64,000 nucleotides of DNA from Macrostomum lignano. Lineage: Eukaryota. This document shows positions 14,401-29,400 of this stretch, one piece after another. Below the pieces are notes generated by a model. That model did no database searches, had not been told where the DNA came from, and saw nothing but the letters and a program-made list of their open reading frames with translations. The position numbers and the translations under genes are program-made. The stretch lies in assembly GCA_002269645.1 (NCBI GenBank), contig NIVC01001945.1, forward strand, positions 62,001 to 126,000. The letters are read 5' to 3'. Within the stretch, counting starts at the first letter, position 1; each line of letters opens with the position of its first letter.

Positions 14401-17400
14401 TTAATGTTTGACATGGTAGCCCTTAAATGTTCAACATGGTGGGTCTTTTATGTTTGAAATAAAGTCTCATATATGTTTGACATGGTGGCTCTTTAATGTT
14501 CGACATGGTGGCTCTTTAATGTTTGACGTTGTGGCTCTTTAATGTTCGACATGGTGGCTCGAATGTTTGACATGGTGGCTCTTTTATGTTTGACATGGTG
14601 GCTCTTTAAGGTTCGACATGGTGGCTCTTTAATGTTCGACACGATGGCACTTTAATGTTTGATATGGTGGCTCTTTAATGTTTGACATGGTAGCTCTATA
14701 ATGTTCAACATGGTGGCTCTTTTATGTTTGAAATAAAGTCTCTTATATGTTTGACATGGTGGCTCTATAATGTTCGACATGAAGTCACGTATATGTTTGA
14801 TATAGAGTCATATATGTTTTACATAGTGGCTCTTTTATGTTTGAAATGGTGGCTCTTTAATCTTTGACATGGTGGCTCTTTAATGTTCGACATGCTGGCT
14901 CCTTAATGTTCGACACGATGGCTCTTTAATTTTTGACGTTGTGGCTCTTTAATGTTCGACATGGTGGCTCGAATGTTTGACATGGTGGCTCTTTAATATT
15001 TGACATGGTGGCTCTTTAATGTTCGACATGGTGGCTCCATAATGTTCGACACGATGGCTCTTTAATGTATGACATGGTGGCTCTTTTATGTTTTACATGG
15101 TGGTTTTTTAATGTTCGACATGGTAGCTCTTTAATGTTTGACATGGTGGCTCTTTTCTGTTTGACATGATGGTTCTTTTATGTTTGAAACGGTGGCTCTT
15201 TAATGTTTGATATAGTGGCTCTTTTATGTTTGACATGGTGGCTCTTTTATGTTTGACATGGTGGCTTTTTAATTTTTGACATTGTGGCTCTAATGTTTGA
15301 CATGGTGGCTCTCTAATTTTTGATATAGTGACGCTTTAATGTTCGACATGGAATCACGTATATGGTCGACATGGTGGCTCTTTGATGTTTGACATGGTGG
15401 CTCTTTAATTTTTGACAATGTGGCTCTTTAATGTTCGACATGGTGGCTCTTTGATGTTTGACATGGTGGCTCTTTTATGTTTGACATGGTGTCTCTTAAT
15501 GCTTGACATTGTGGCTCTTTAATGTTCTACATTGTGGCTCTTTAATTTTCTACATTGTTGCTCTTTAATGTTTGACATGGTGGCTCTTTAATGTTCTACA
15601 TGGTGGTTCTTTAATGTTCTACATTGTGGCTCTTTAATGTTCTACATTGTGCTCTTTAATATTTGACATTGTGGCTCTTTAATGTTCTACATTGTGGCTC
15701 TTTAATGTTCGACATGGTGGCTCTTTAATGTTCAACATGGTGGCTCTTTATTGTTTGACATGATGGCTCTTTAATGTTCGACATGGTAGCTCTTTACTGT
15801 TAGACATTGTGGCTCTTTAATGTTCGACATGGTGGCTCTTTATTGTTCGAAATTGTGCCTTTTTAATGTTAGAAATGGTGGCTCTTTAATGTTCTACATT
15901 GTGGCTCTTTAATGCTCTATATTGTGGCTCTTTAATGCTCTACATGGTGGCTCTTTAATGTTCTACATGGTGGCTCTTTAATGCTTGACATTGTGGCTCT
16001 ATAATGTTCTACTTATTGTGGCTCTTTAATGTTCGACATGGTGGCTCTTTAATGTTCGACATGGTGGCTCTTTATTGTTTGACATGATGGCTCTTTAACG
16101 TTTGACATTGTGGCTCTTTAATGTTCTACATGGTGGCTCTTTAATTCTCTACATGGTGGCTCTTTAATGCTTAAAATTGTGGCTCTTAATGTTCTACTTA
16201 TTGTGGCTCTTTAATCTTCGACATGGTGGCTCTTTAATGTTCGACATGGTGGCTCCTTAATGTTTGCCATGGCGGCTCTTTAATGTTTGACATTGTGGCT
16301 CTTTAATGTTCTACATATTGTGGCTCTTTAATGTTCGACATGGTGGCTCTTTAATGTTCTACATTGTGGCTCTTTAATGTTCTACATTGTGGCTCTTTAT
16401 TGTTTGACATGGTGGCTCTTTAATGTTTGACATGGTGGGTCTTTAATATTTGACATGGTGGCTCTTTAATGTTTGACATGATGGCTCTTTAATGTTCGAC
16501 ATGGTGGCTGTTTAATGTTTGTTATGTAGTCATATGTGTATGTTTTACATGGTGGCTCTTTTATGTGTGACATGGAGTCACGTATATATTTGACATGGAG
16601 TCACATATATGTTTGACATGGTGGCTCTTTAGTGTTCGTAAGGTGGCTCTTTAATGTTTGATATGGTGGCTCTTTTATGTTTGACATAGTGGCTCTTTAA
16701 TGTCTGACATGGTGTCTCTTTAATGTTTGACCTGGTGGCTCTTTTATGTTCGACATGGTGGCTCTTTAATGTACGACATAATGGCTCGTTTATGTTCGAC
16801 ATGGTGGCTCTTTAGTGTTTGACATAGCTCTTTAATGTTTGACATAGTGGCTCTTTTATGCTTGACATGGTGGCTCTTTAATGTTCGACATGGTAGCCCT
16901 TTAATGTTTGACATGGTGGCTCTTTAATGCTTGACATGGTGGCTCTTTAATGCTCGACATGGTGGCTCCATAATGTTCGACACGATGGCTCTTTAATGTA
17001 TGACATGGTGGCTCTTTTATGTTTTACATGGTGGTTTTTTAATGTTCGACATGGTAGCTCTTTAATGTTTGACATCGTGGCTCTTTTCTGTTTGACATGA
17101 TGGTTCTTTTATGTTTGAAATGGTGGCTCTTTAATGTTTGATATAGTGGCTCTTTTATGTTTGACATGGTGGCTCTTTTATGTTTGACATGGTGGCTTTT
17201 TAATTTTTGACATTGTGGCTCTAATGTTTGACATGGTGGCTCTTTGATGTTTGACATGGTGGCTCTCTAATTTTTGATATAGTGACGCTTTAATGTTCGA
17301 CATGGAATCACGTATATGGTCTACATGGTGGCTCTTTGATGTTTGACATGGTGGCTCTTTAATTTTTGACAATGTGGCTCTTTAATGTTCGACATGGTGG

Positions 17401-20400
17401 CTCTTTGATGTTTGACATGGTGGCTCTTTTATGTTTGACATGGTGTCTCTTTAATGCTTGACATTGTGGCTCTTTACTGTTCTACATTGTGGCTCTTTAA
17501 TTGTCTACATTGTTGCTCTTTAATGTTTGACATGGTGGCTCTTTAATGTTCTACATGGTGGTTCTTTAATGTTCTACATTGTGGCTCTTTAATGTTCTAC
17601 ATTGTGCTCTTTAATATTTGACATTGTGGCTCTTTAATGTTCTACATTGTGGCTCTTTAATGTTCGACATGGTGGCTCTTTAATGTTCAACATGGTGGCT
17701 CTTTATTGTTTGACATGGTGGCTCTTTAATGTTCGACATGGTGGCTCTTTACTGTTAGACATTGTGGCTCTTTAATGTTTGACATTGTGGCTCTTTAATG
17801 TTTGACATGGTGGCTCTTTAATGTTCGACATGGTGGCTCTTTATTGTTCGAAATTGTGCCTTTTTAATGTTAGAAATGGTGGCTCTTTAACGTTCTACAT
17901 GGTGGCTCTTTAATGCTCTATATTGTGGCTCTTTAATGCTCTACATGGTGGCTCTTTAATGTTCTACATGGTGGCTCTTTAATGCTTGACATTGTGGCTC
18001 TATAATGTTCTACTTATTGTGGCTCTTTAATGTTCGACATGGTGGCTCTTTAATGTTCGACATGGTGGCTCTTTATTGTTTGACATGATGGCTCTTTAAC
18101 GTTTGACATTGTGGCTCTTTAATGTTCTACATGGTGGCTCTTTAATGCTCTACATGGTGGCTCTTTAATGCTTGACATTGTGGCTCTTAATGTTCTACTT
18201 ATTGTGGCTCTTTAATCTTCGACATGGTGGCTCTTTAATGTTCGACATGGTGGCTCCTTAATGTTTGCCATGGCGGCTCTTTAATGTTTGACATTGTGGC
18301 TCTTTAATGTTCTACATATTGTGGCTCTTTAATGTTCGACATGGTGGCTCTTTAATGTTCTACATTGTGGCTCTTTAATGTTCTACATTGTGGCTCTTTA
18401 TTGTTTGACATGGTGGCTCTTTAATGTTTGACATGGTGGGTATTTAATATTTGACATGGTGGCTCTTTAATGTTTGACATGATGGCTCTTTAATGTTCGA
18501 CATGGTGGCTGTTTAATGTTTGTTATGTAGTCATATGTATATGTTTTACATGGTGGCTCTTATATGTGTGACATGGAGTCACGTATATATTTGACATGGA
18601 GTCACATATATGTTTGACATGGTGGCTCTTTAGTGTTCGATATGGTGGCTCTTTAATGTTTGACATGGTGGCTCTTTTATGTTTGACATAGTGGCTCTTT
18701 AATGTCTGATATGGTGTCTCTTTAATGTTTGACTTGGTGGCTCTTTTATGTGTGACATGGAGGCACGTATATATTTGACATGGAGTCACATATATGTTTG
18801 ACATGGTGGCTCTTTAGTGTTCGATATGGTGGCTCTTTAATTTTTGATATGGTGGCTCTTTTATGTTTGACATAGTGGCTCTTTAATGTCTGACATGGTG
18901 TCTTTTTAATGTTTGACTTGGTGGCTCTTTTATGTTCGACATGGTGGCTCTTTAATGTACGACATAATGGCTCGTTTATGTTCGACATGGTGGCTCTTTA
19001 GTGTTTGACATAGCTCTTTAATGTTTGACATAGTGGCTCTTTTATGCTTGACATGGTGGCTCTTTAATGCTTGACATGGTGGCTCTTTAATGTTTGACAT
19101 AAAGTCACTTATATGTTTTGCATGGTGCCTCTTAAATATTAGACATGGTGGCTCGTTTAGGGTTGAAATGTTGGCTCTTTTATGTTTGACATGGTGGCTC
19201 TTTTATGCTTGACATGGTGGCTCTTTAATGTTTGACATAAAGTCACTTATATGTTTTGCAGGGTGGCTTTTTAATGTTTGACATGGTGGCTCTTTAATGT
19301 ACGACATAATGGCTCGTTTATGTTCGACATGGTGGCTCTTTAATGTTTGACATGGTGGCTCTTAAATGCTTCACATGATGGCTCTTAAAAGTCTTACATG
19401 GTGGCTCTTTTATGTTTGACAATGTGGCTCTTTAATGTTTTACATGGCGGCTCTTTTATGTTCGAAATGGTGGCTCTTTAATGTTCTTCATGGTGGCTCT
19501 TTTACGTTTGACATGGTGGCACTTTAATGTTCGACGTGGTGGCTCTTTAATGTTCGAAATGGTGACTCTTTTATGTTTCACATGATGGCTCTTTAATGTT
19601 TGACATAGAGTCACGTATATGTTTTACATGGTGCCCATGTAATGTTTGACATGGTGCCTCTTTTACGTTTGACATTGTCCTTTTTTATGTTTAGCAGTTT
19701 CGTGTTTTCAAGGTGTTTTATAAAAAAATTATTTTGCACTACTAAGATTCGAACCCAGGTCGCTACGTTGGCAGTCCAGTCTGTTCGTATCTAGGCTATC
19801 TCTTTTCAATTGGAGTACGTGAATTGTGGCCCTTATAATTCAATTCTTACAGCAAGTCAATTAAAGTAAAAAGTTATGACATAATTAATTTCTCAGTCAG
19901 CCAGTATCAGTCTCAATTTAAGTTAGCAATATGGTTACGCAATTTAAATCAAGTCGTGTGTGCATTTCTTCGGCACTGTTTTCAACTTGTTGTGATGCAA
20001 TCTTTATCAGAATTGAAATTCAGTCAGTCAGTTTTTTCTCTAGCATTCTTACAATGTATTTCAGGTGGAAAGAGCTGCTTGACCTTTGCAAAAAAGCATG
20101 TTTTTCGAATATTTAATCCCTTTAACATTGAGCAATTTCTTAGCCAAGATGCATGTACCGTCCCAGGAAAATTTCTGATCGAATGGTGCAAGTTTGAAGA
20201 AAATCGGTTGAGCCATTTTTTCTGAAATGTATCGCATAGCTAGTTACAGACATTTCATTTTTAGTATATAGGACTAGCAATCTTCGCCTCCCGATGGGGG
20301 GCATCTAGATAGAATCTCTGGCACTCTACAAGTATCAAAAAGACGGCCAAATAAAGCCTTCACATAGACAATAGAAAAACTGCTCAAATGAAGTGCAATG

Positions 20401-23400
20401 CAAAAAAATATCCCAGGACAGCAAGCAACCCCCCAGATAGCAAGCACCCCCAGATAGCAAGCATCCACCTAATAGCAAGCACCCTTAGATAGCAAGCATC
20501 CCCAGATAGCAAGCACCCTTGGATAGCAAGGCAAGCATCTCCAGATAGCAAGCACCCCCAGATAGCAGGCACCCCAGATAGCAAGCATCCACCTAATAGC
20601 AAGCACCCCAAGATAGCAAGCATCCACCTAATAGCAAGCACCCTTAGATAGCAAGCACCCCCAGATAGCAAGCACCCCCAGATAGCAAGCACCCCAAGTA
20701 GCAAGCATCTCTAGATAGCAAGCACCCCCAGATAGCAGGCACCCCAGATAGCAAGCATCCACCTAATAGCAAGCACCCCAAGATAGCAAGCATCCCCCTA
20801 ATAGCAAGCACCCTTAGATAGCAAGCACCCCCAGATAGCAAGCATCTCCAGATAGCAAGCACCCCCAGATAGCAAGCATCCACCTAATAGCAAGCACCCC
20901 CAGATAGCAAGCATCCACCTAATAGCAAGCACCCCCAGATAGCAAGCATCCACCTAATAGCAAGCACCCCCAGATAGCAAGCACCCCCAGATAGCAAGCA
21001 CCCCCAGATAGCAAGCATCTCTAGATAGCAAGCACCCCCAGATAGCAGGCACCCCAGATAGCAAGCATCCACCTAATAGCAAGCACCCCCAGATAGCAAG
21101 CATCTCCAGATAGCAAGCACCCCCAGATAGCAGGCACCCCAGATAGCAAGCATCCACCTAATAGCAAGCACCCCCAGATAGCAAGCACCCCCAGATAGCA
21201 AGAACCCCAGATAGCAGGCACCCCAGATAGCAAGCATCCACCTAATAGCAAGCACCCCCAGATAGCAAGCACCCCCAGATAGCAAGCACCCCCAGATAGC
21301 AAGCACCCCAGATAGCACGCATCTCCAGATAGCAAGCACCCCCAGATAGCAGGCACCCCAGATAGCAAGCATCCACCTAATAGCAAGCACCCCCAGATAG
21401 CAAGCACCCCCAGATAGCAAGAACCCCCAGATAGCAGGCACCCCAGATAGCAAGCATCCACCTAATAGCAAGCACCCCCAGATAGCACGCATCTCCAGAT
21501 AGCAAGCACCCCCAGATAGCAGGCACCCCAGATAGCAAGCATCCACCTAATAGCAAGCACCCCCAGATAGCAAGAACCCCCAGATAGCAAGAACCCCCAG
21601 ATAGCAGGCACCCCAGATAGCAAGCATCCACCTAATAGCAAGCACCCCCAGATAGCTAGAACCCCAAGATAGCAAGCATCCCCCAGATAGCAAGCACCCC
21701 CAGATAGCACGCATCTCCAGATAGCAAGCACTCCAAGATAGTAGGCACCCCATTTATGTTTGACATGGTAGCTGTTTTGTGTCTGACATGGTGGCTCTTT
21801 AATGTTTGAGCTGGTGGCTCTTTTATGTTTGACATGGTGGCACTTTAATGTCTGAAATGGAGTCATGTATACGCTTGACATGGTGACTCGTAGATGTTTG
21901 ACAAAGTGGCTCTTTTATGTTCGACATGTGGCTCTTTAATGTTTGACATGGTGGCTCTTTAATGTTTGACATGGTGGCTCTTTAATGTTTGACATGGTGG
22001 GTCTTTAATTTATGACATGGTGGCTCTTTTATGTTTGACATGATGGCTCTTTAATGTTCGACATGGTGGCTGTTTAATGTTTGTTATGTAGTCATATGTA
22101 TATGTTTTACATGGTGGCTCTTTTATGTGTGACATGGAGTCACGTATATATTTGACATGGAGTCACATATGTTTGACATGGTGGCTCTTTAGTGTTCGAT
22201 ATGGTGGCTCTTTAATGTTTGACATGGTGGCTCTTTTATGTTTGACATAGTGGCTCTTTAATGTCTGACATGGTGGCTCTTTAATGTTTTGACATGGTGG
22301 CTCTTTTATGTTTGACATGATGGCTCTTTAATGTTCGACATGGTGGGCTGTTTAATGTTTGTTATGTAGTCATATGTATATGTTTTACATGGTGGCCCTT
22401 TTATGTGTGACATGGAGGCACGTATATATTCGACATGGAGTCACATATGTTTGACATGGTGGCTCTTTAGTGTTCGATATGGTGGCTCTTTAATGTTTGA
22501 CATGGTGGCTCTTTAATGTCTGACATGGTGGCTCTTTAATGTTTGACATGGTGGCTCTTGAGTGTTTGACATGGCTCTTTAATGTTTGACATGGTGGCTC
22601 TTTTATGCTTGACATGGTGGCTCTTTAATGTTCGACATGGTGGCTCTTTAATGTTTGACATGGTGGCTCTTTTATGCTTGACATGGTGGCTCTTTTATGT
22701 TCGACATGGTGGCTCTTTTTTGTTCTACATGGTAACTCTTTTATGTTTGATACGGTGGCTTTTTAATATCTGACATTGTGGCTCTTCTATGTTTGACATT
22801 GTGGCTCTTTTATGTTTGACATGGTGGCTCTTTAATGTTTGACATGGTGGCTCTTTAATGTACGACATAAAGGTTCGTTTATGTTCGACATGGTGGCTCT
22901 TTTAGGTTTGACATGATAGCTCTTTTATGTTCGACATGGTGCCTCTTTTAGGTTTGACATGGTGGCTCTTTTAGGTTTGACATGGTAGCTCTTTTATGTT
23001 CGACATGGTGGCTCTTAAATGTTTCACATGATGGCTCTTAAATGTCTTACATGGTGGCTCTTTTATGTTTGACAATGTGGCTCTTTAATGTTTTACATGG
23101 CGGCTCTTTTATGTTCGAAATGGTGGCTCTTTAATGTTCGACATGGTGGCTCTTTAATGTTTGACATGCTAGCTCTTTAATGTTCGACATAGTGGCTCTT
23201 TTATGTTTGGCATGGTGGCTCTTTAATGTTCTTCATGGTGGCTCTTTTACGTTTGACATGGTGGCACTTTAATGTTCGACGTGGTGGCTCTTTAATGTTC
23301 GAAATGGTGACTCTTTAATGTTTCACATGGTGGCTCTTTAATGTTTGACATAGAGTCACGTATTTGTTTTACATGGTGCCCATGTAATGTTTGACATGGT

Positions 23401-26400
23401 GCCTCTTTTATGTTTGACATTGTGCTTTTTTATGTTTAGCAGTTTCGTGTTTTCAAGGTGTTTTATAAAAAAATTATTTTGCACTACTAAGATTCGAACC
23501 CAGGTCGCTACGTTGGCAGTCCAGTCTGTTCGTATCTAGGCTATCTCTTTTCAATTGGAGTACATGAATTGTGGCCCTTATAATTAAATTCTTACAGCAA
23601 GTCAATTGGGGTAAAAAGTTATGACATAATCAATTTCTCAGTCAGCCAGTATCAGTCTCAGTTCAAGTTAGCAATATGGTTACGCAATTTAAATCAAGTC
23701 GTGTGTGCATTTCTTCGGCACTGTTTTCAACTTGTTGTGATGCAATCTTTATCACAATTGGAATTCAGCCAGTCAGTTTTTTTCTCTAGCATTCTTACAA
23801 TGAATTTTAGGTCGAAAGAGCTGCTTGACCTTTGCAAAAAAGCATGTTTTTCGAATATTTAATCCCTTTATCATTGAGCAATTTTTTAGCCAAGATGCAT
23901 GTACCGTCCCAGGAAAATTTCTGATCGAATGGTGCAAGTTTGAAGAAAATCGGTTGAGCCATTTTTTCTGAAATCTATCGCATACCTACCTACCCACAGA
24001 CAACTCATTTTTAGTATATAGGACTAGCAATCTTCGCCCCCCCGATGGGGGACATCTGGATAGAATCTCTGTTTTCTAAAGTAACAAAAAGACAGCCAAA
24101 AATCCTTCAAAAAGACAACAGACAAACTGCTCAAATGAAGTGCATTGCAAAAAGAAATCATCCCAAGACTGCAAGCATCCCCAGATAGCAAGCATCCCCT
24201 AGATAGCAAGCATCCCCAAGATGGCAAGCATCCCCAGATAGCAAGCATCCCCCAGATTGCAAGCATCCCCCAGATAGCAAGCATCCCCAAGATGGCAAGC
24301 ATCCCCAGATAGCAAGCATCCCCCAGATAGCAAGCATCCCCAGAAAGCAAGCATCCCTCAGATAGCAAGCATCCCCAGATAGCAAGCATCCCCCAGATAG
24401 CAAGCATCCCCCAGATAGCAAGCATCCCCCAGATAGCAAGCATCCCCAGATAGCAAGCATCCCCCAGATAGCAAGCATCCCCCAGATAGCAAGCATCCCC
24501 CAGATAGCAAGCATCCCAAGATAGATAGCATCCCCAAATAGCAAGCATCCACCAGACAATAAGTAGCTAGTGCGACAATTTCCTTAGCATTATAGCGGCT
24601 CCTTTAAAATTCGCTTACTTTTACGTTTGAAATTGTGTATCTTTTTATGTTTAACAGGGTGGCTCTTTTATGTTCTACGCTCGTACATGGTAACTCTTTT
24701 ATGTTTGATACGGTGGCTTTTCAATGTCTGACATAGTGGCTCTTCTATGTTTGACATGGGGGCTCTTCTATGTTTGACATGGGGGCTCTTCTATGTTTGA
24801 CAAACTTTTTAATGTTCAAAAAGGTGGCTCTTTTATGTTTGACATGGTGGCTCTTTAATGTTTGACATGGTGGCTCTTTAATGTTTGACATGGTGGCTCT
24901 TTAATGTTAGACAAAGTAGCTCTTTAATGTTTGACATGGTGGCTCTTTAATGTTAGACAAAGTAGCTCTTTAATGTTTGACATGATGGCTCTTTAATGAT
25001 AGACATGGTGGCTCTTTAATTTTTGACATGGTGGCTCTTTAATGTTGGACATGGTGGCTCTTTAATGTTAGACATGGTGGCTCTTTAATGTTTGACATAA
25101 AGTCACTTATATGTTCGAAATTGTGGCTCTTTTATGTTTAACATGGTGGCTCTTTAATGTTTGACATGGTAGCTCTTTTATGTTCGACATGGTGGCTCTT
25201 TAATGTTCGACATGGTGGCTCTTTTATGTTCGACATGGTGTCGCTTCAATGTTTGACATGGAGTTACGTATATGTTTTACATGGTGGCTCTTTTATGTTC
25301 GACGTGGTGGCTCCTTTAATGTTTGACATGGGGTCTCTTCAATGTTTGACATGGTGGCTCTTTAATGTTTTACATGGTGGCACTTTCATGTTTGACCTGG
25401 TGGCTCTTAAATGTTTGACATGGTGGCTCTGTAATGTTTGACATGGTGTCTCTTTAACGTTTGACATAGAGTCATGTATATGTTTGACATGGTGGCTCTT
25501 AAATGTTTGACATGGTGGCTCTTTAATATTTGACATGGTGGCCCTTTTATGTTCGACATGGTGGCTCTTTAATGTTTGACATGGAGTCATATATATGTTT
25601 GACCTGGTGGCTCTTGTATTATTAACACGTTGGCTCTTTAATGTTCGACATGGTGGCTCTTAAATGTCTAACATGGAGTCACGTATATGTTTGACATGGA
25701 TTCATGTATATGTCTGGTATGGTAGCTCTTTAATGTTTTACATGGAGTCACCTATATGTTTCACATGGTGGCTATTTTATGTTTGACATGGTGGCTCTTT
25801 AATGTTTTACATGGTGGCACTTTCATGTTTGACCTGGTGGCTCTTTAATGTTTGACATGGTGGCTCTTTAATATTTGACATGGTGGCCCTTTTATGTTCG
25901 ACATGGTGGCTCTTTAATGTTTGACATGGAGTCATGTATATGTTTGACCTGGTGGCTCTTTAATGTTTGACATGGTGGCTCTTTAATGTTTTACATGGTG
26001 GCACTTTCATGTTTGACCTGGTGGCTCTTTAATGTTTGACATGGTGGCTCTTTAATATTTGACATGGTGGCCCTTTTATGTTCGACATGGTGGCTCTTTA
26101 ATGTTTGACATGGAGTCATGTATATGTTTGACCTGGTGGCACTTTCATGTTTGACCTGGTGGCTCTTAAATGTTTGACATGGTGGCTTTTTAATATTTGA
26201 CATGGTGGCACTTTCATGTTTGACCTGGTGGGTATTTAATGTTTGACATGGTACCTCTTTTATGTTCGACATGGTGGCTCTTTAATGTTTTACATGGTGG
26301 CTCTTTAATGTTTGACATGGTGGCTCTTTTATGTTTGATAAGGTGGCTCTTTAATTTTTGACATTGTGGCTCTTTAATATTTGACAAGGTGGCTCTTTAA

Positions 26401-29400
26401 TGTTTAAAATGGTGGCTCTTTAATTTTCGAAATGGTGGCTGTTTTATGTTTGACATGGTGGCTCTTTAATGTTCGACATGGTGGCTCTTTAATGTTCTTA
26501 ATGGTGTCTGTTTTATGTTTGACCTGGCGGCTCTTTAATGTTTGACATGGTAACTCTTTTAGGTTTGAAATGGTGTCTCTTTAATGTTTGCCATTGTGGC
26601 TCTTTAATGTTTGACATGGTGGCTTTTTAATGTTCGACATGGTGCTCTTTTAGGTTTGAAATGGTGGCTCTTTAATGTTTGACATTGTGGCTCTTTAATG
26701 TTCGACATGGTGGCTCTTTAATGTTTGACATGGTAACTCTTGTATGTTTGATATGGTGGCTCTTTTATGTTCGACATGGTGGCTCTTTAATGTTTGACAT
26801 TGTGGCTCTTTAATGTTTGAAATGGTGGCTCTTTAATGTTTCGATATGGTGGCTCTTTAATGTTGAGAATTTTGTGTTTTTTAACGTGTTTTAATAAAAA
26901 AAACATTTTTCACCACTAAGATTCGAACCAAGGTCGCTACATTAGCATTCCAGTCTGTTTGCATCCGGCTATCTCTTTTCAAATCGAGAACATGACTTGT
27001 GGCCCTTATAATTCAATACTTATAGCAAGTCGGTTAGAGTAAAAAGTTATGACATAATCAATTTCTCAGTCAGCCAGTATCAGTCTCAATTCAAGTTAGC
27101 AATATGGTTACGCAATTTCAATGAAGTCTTGTGTGCGTTTCTGTGGCACTGTTTTCACCTTGTTGTGATGCAATCTTTATCACAATCGTAATTCAGCCAG
27201 TCAGTTTTTTCTCTAGCATTCTTACAATGCATTTCAAGTCAAAAATTTGGCTTGACCTTTGCAAAAAAGCATGTTTTTCGAATATTTAATCCCTTTAACA
27301 TTGAGCAATTTCTTAGCCAAGATACATGTACCGTCCCAGGAAAATTTCTGATCGAATGGTGCAAGTTTGAAGAAAATCGGTTGAGCCATTTTTTCTGAAA
27401 TCTATCGCATAGCTAGTTAGTTACAGACATTTCATTTTTAGTATATAGGACTAGCAATCTTTGCCCCCCGTTGGGGGACATCTATATAGAGTCTCTGTTC
27501 TCTACAAGTAAGTAACAAAAAAATAGCGAAATAAAGCCTTCACAAAGAAAACAGACAAAATACTCAAATGAAGTGCAATGCAAAAAGAAATCATCGCAAG
27601 ACAGCAAGCATCCCCCAGATAGTAAGCATCCCCCAGATAGCAAGCATCCCCCAGATAGCAAGCATCCCCAGATAGCAAGCATCCCCAGATAGCAAGCATC
27701 CCCCAGATAGCAAGCATCCCCAGATAGCAAGCATCCCAGATAGCAAGCATCCCCCAGATAGCAAGCATCCCCCAGATAGCAAGCATCCCCAGATAGCAAG
27801 CATCCCCAGATAGCAAGCATCCCCAAGATAGATAGCATCCCCAAATAGCAAGCATCCACCAGACAATAAGTAGCTAGTGCGACAATTTCTTTAGCATTAT
27901 AGCGGCTCCTTTAAAATTCACTTACTTTTACATTTGAAATTGTGTATATTTTATGTTTAACAGGGTGGCTCTTTTATGTTCTACATTGTGGCTCTTTTTT
28001 GTTCAACATGGTAACTCTTTTATGTTTGATACGGTGGCTTCCAATGTCTGACATGGTGGCTCTTCTATGTTTGACATGGTGGCTCTTCTATGTTTGACAA
28101 AGTGGCTCTTTAATGTTCGACATGGTGGCTCTTTAACGTTCGACATGGTGGTGCTTTAATGCTCAACATGGTGGCTCTTTATTGTTTGACATGGTGCTCT
28201 TTAATGTTCTACATTGTGGCTCTTTAACGTTCGACAGGTGGCTCTTTAATGTTTGACATGGAGTCATGTATGTGTTAGACATGGAGTCATGTATATATTT
28301 GGCATGGAGTCACATATATGCTTTACGTGGTGGCTCTTTAATGTTCGACATGGTGGCTCTTTAACGTTCAACATGGTGACACTTTAATGTCTGAAATGAT
28401 GGCTCTTTAATGTTTGACATGGAGTCACGTATACGCTTGACATGGTGACTCGTTAATGTTTGACATGGTGGCTCTTTAACGTTCGACATGGTGGCTCTTT
28501 AATGTTAGACATGGTGGCTCTTTAATGTTTTACATGGTGGCTCTTTTATGTTCGACATGGTGGCTCTTTAACGTTCGACATGGTGGCTCTTTAATGTTCG
28601 ACATGGAGTCACATATATGTTGGACATGGTGGCTCTTTAATGTTGCATGTTGGACATGGTGGCTCTTTAATGTTCGACTTGGAGTCACATATATGTTAGA
28701 CATGGTGGCTCTTTAATGTTGGACATGGTGGCTTTTAATGTTCGACATGGTGACACTTTAATGTCTGAAATGATGGCTCTTTAATGTTTGACATGGAGTC
28801 ACGTATACGCTTGACATGGTGACTCGTTAATGTTTGACATGGTGGCTCTTTAACGTTCGACATGGTGGCTCTTTAATGTTAGACATGGTGGCTCTTTAAT
28901 GTTTTACATGGTGGCTCTTTTATGTTCGACATGGTGGCTCTTTAACGTTCGACATGGTGGCTCTTTAATGTTCGACATGGAGTCACATATATGTTGGACA
29001 TGGTGGCTCTTTAATGTTGCATGTTGGACATCGTGGCTCTTTAATGTTAGACATGGTGGCTCTTTAATGTTCGACATGGAGTCACATATATGTTGGACAT
29101 GGTGGCTCTTTAATGTTGCATGTTGGACATGGTGGCTCTTTAATGTTAGACATGGTGGCTCTTTAAATTATTTTCATGGTGGCTCTTAAATGTTTGACAT
29201 GGTGGCTCTTTATTATTTGACATGGTGGCTCTTTAATGTTTGACATGGTGGTTCTTTAATGTTCGACATGGTGGCTCTTTAATGTTCAACGTGGTGGCTC
29301 TTTAATGTTCGAAAAAGTGGCTCCTTTATGTTTGACATGGTGGCTCTTTAATGTTTGACATGGTGGCTCTTTAATGTTTGACATTGTAGCTTTTAAATGT

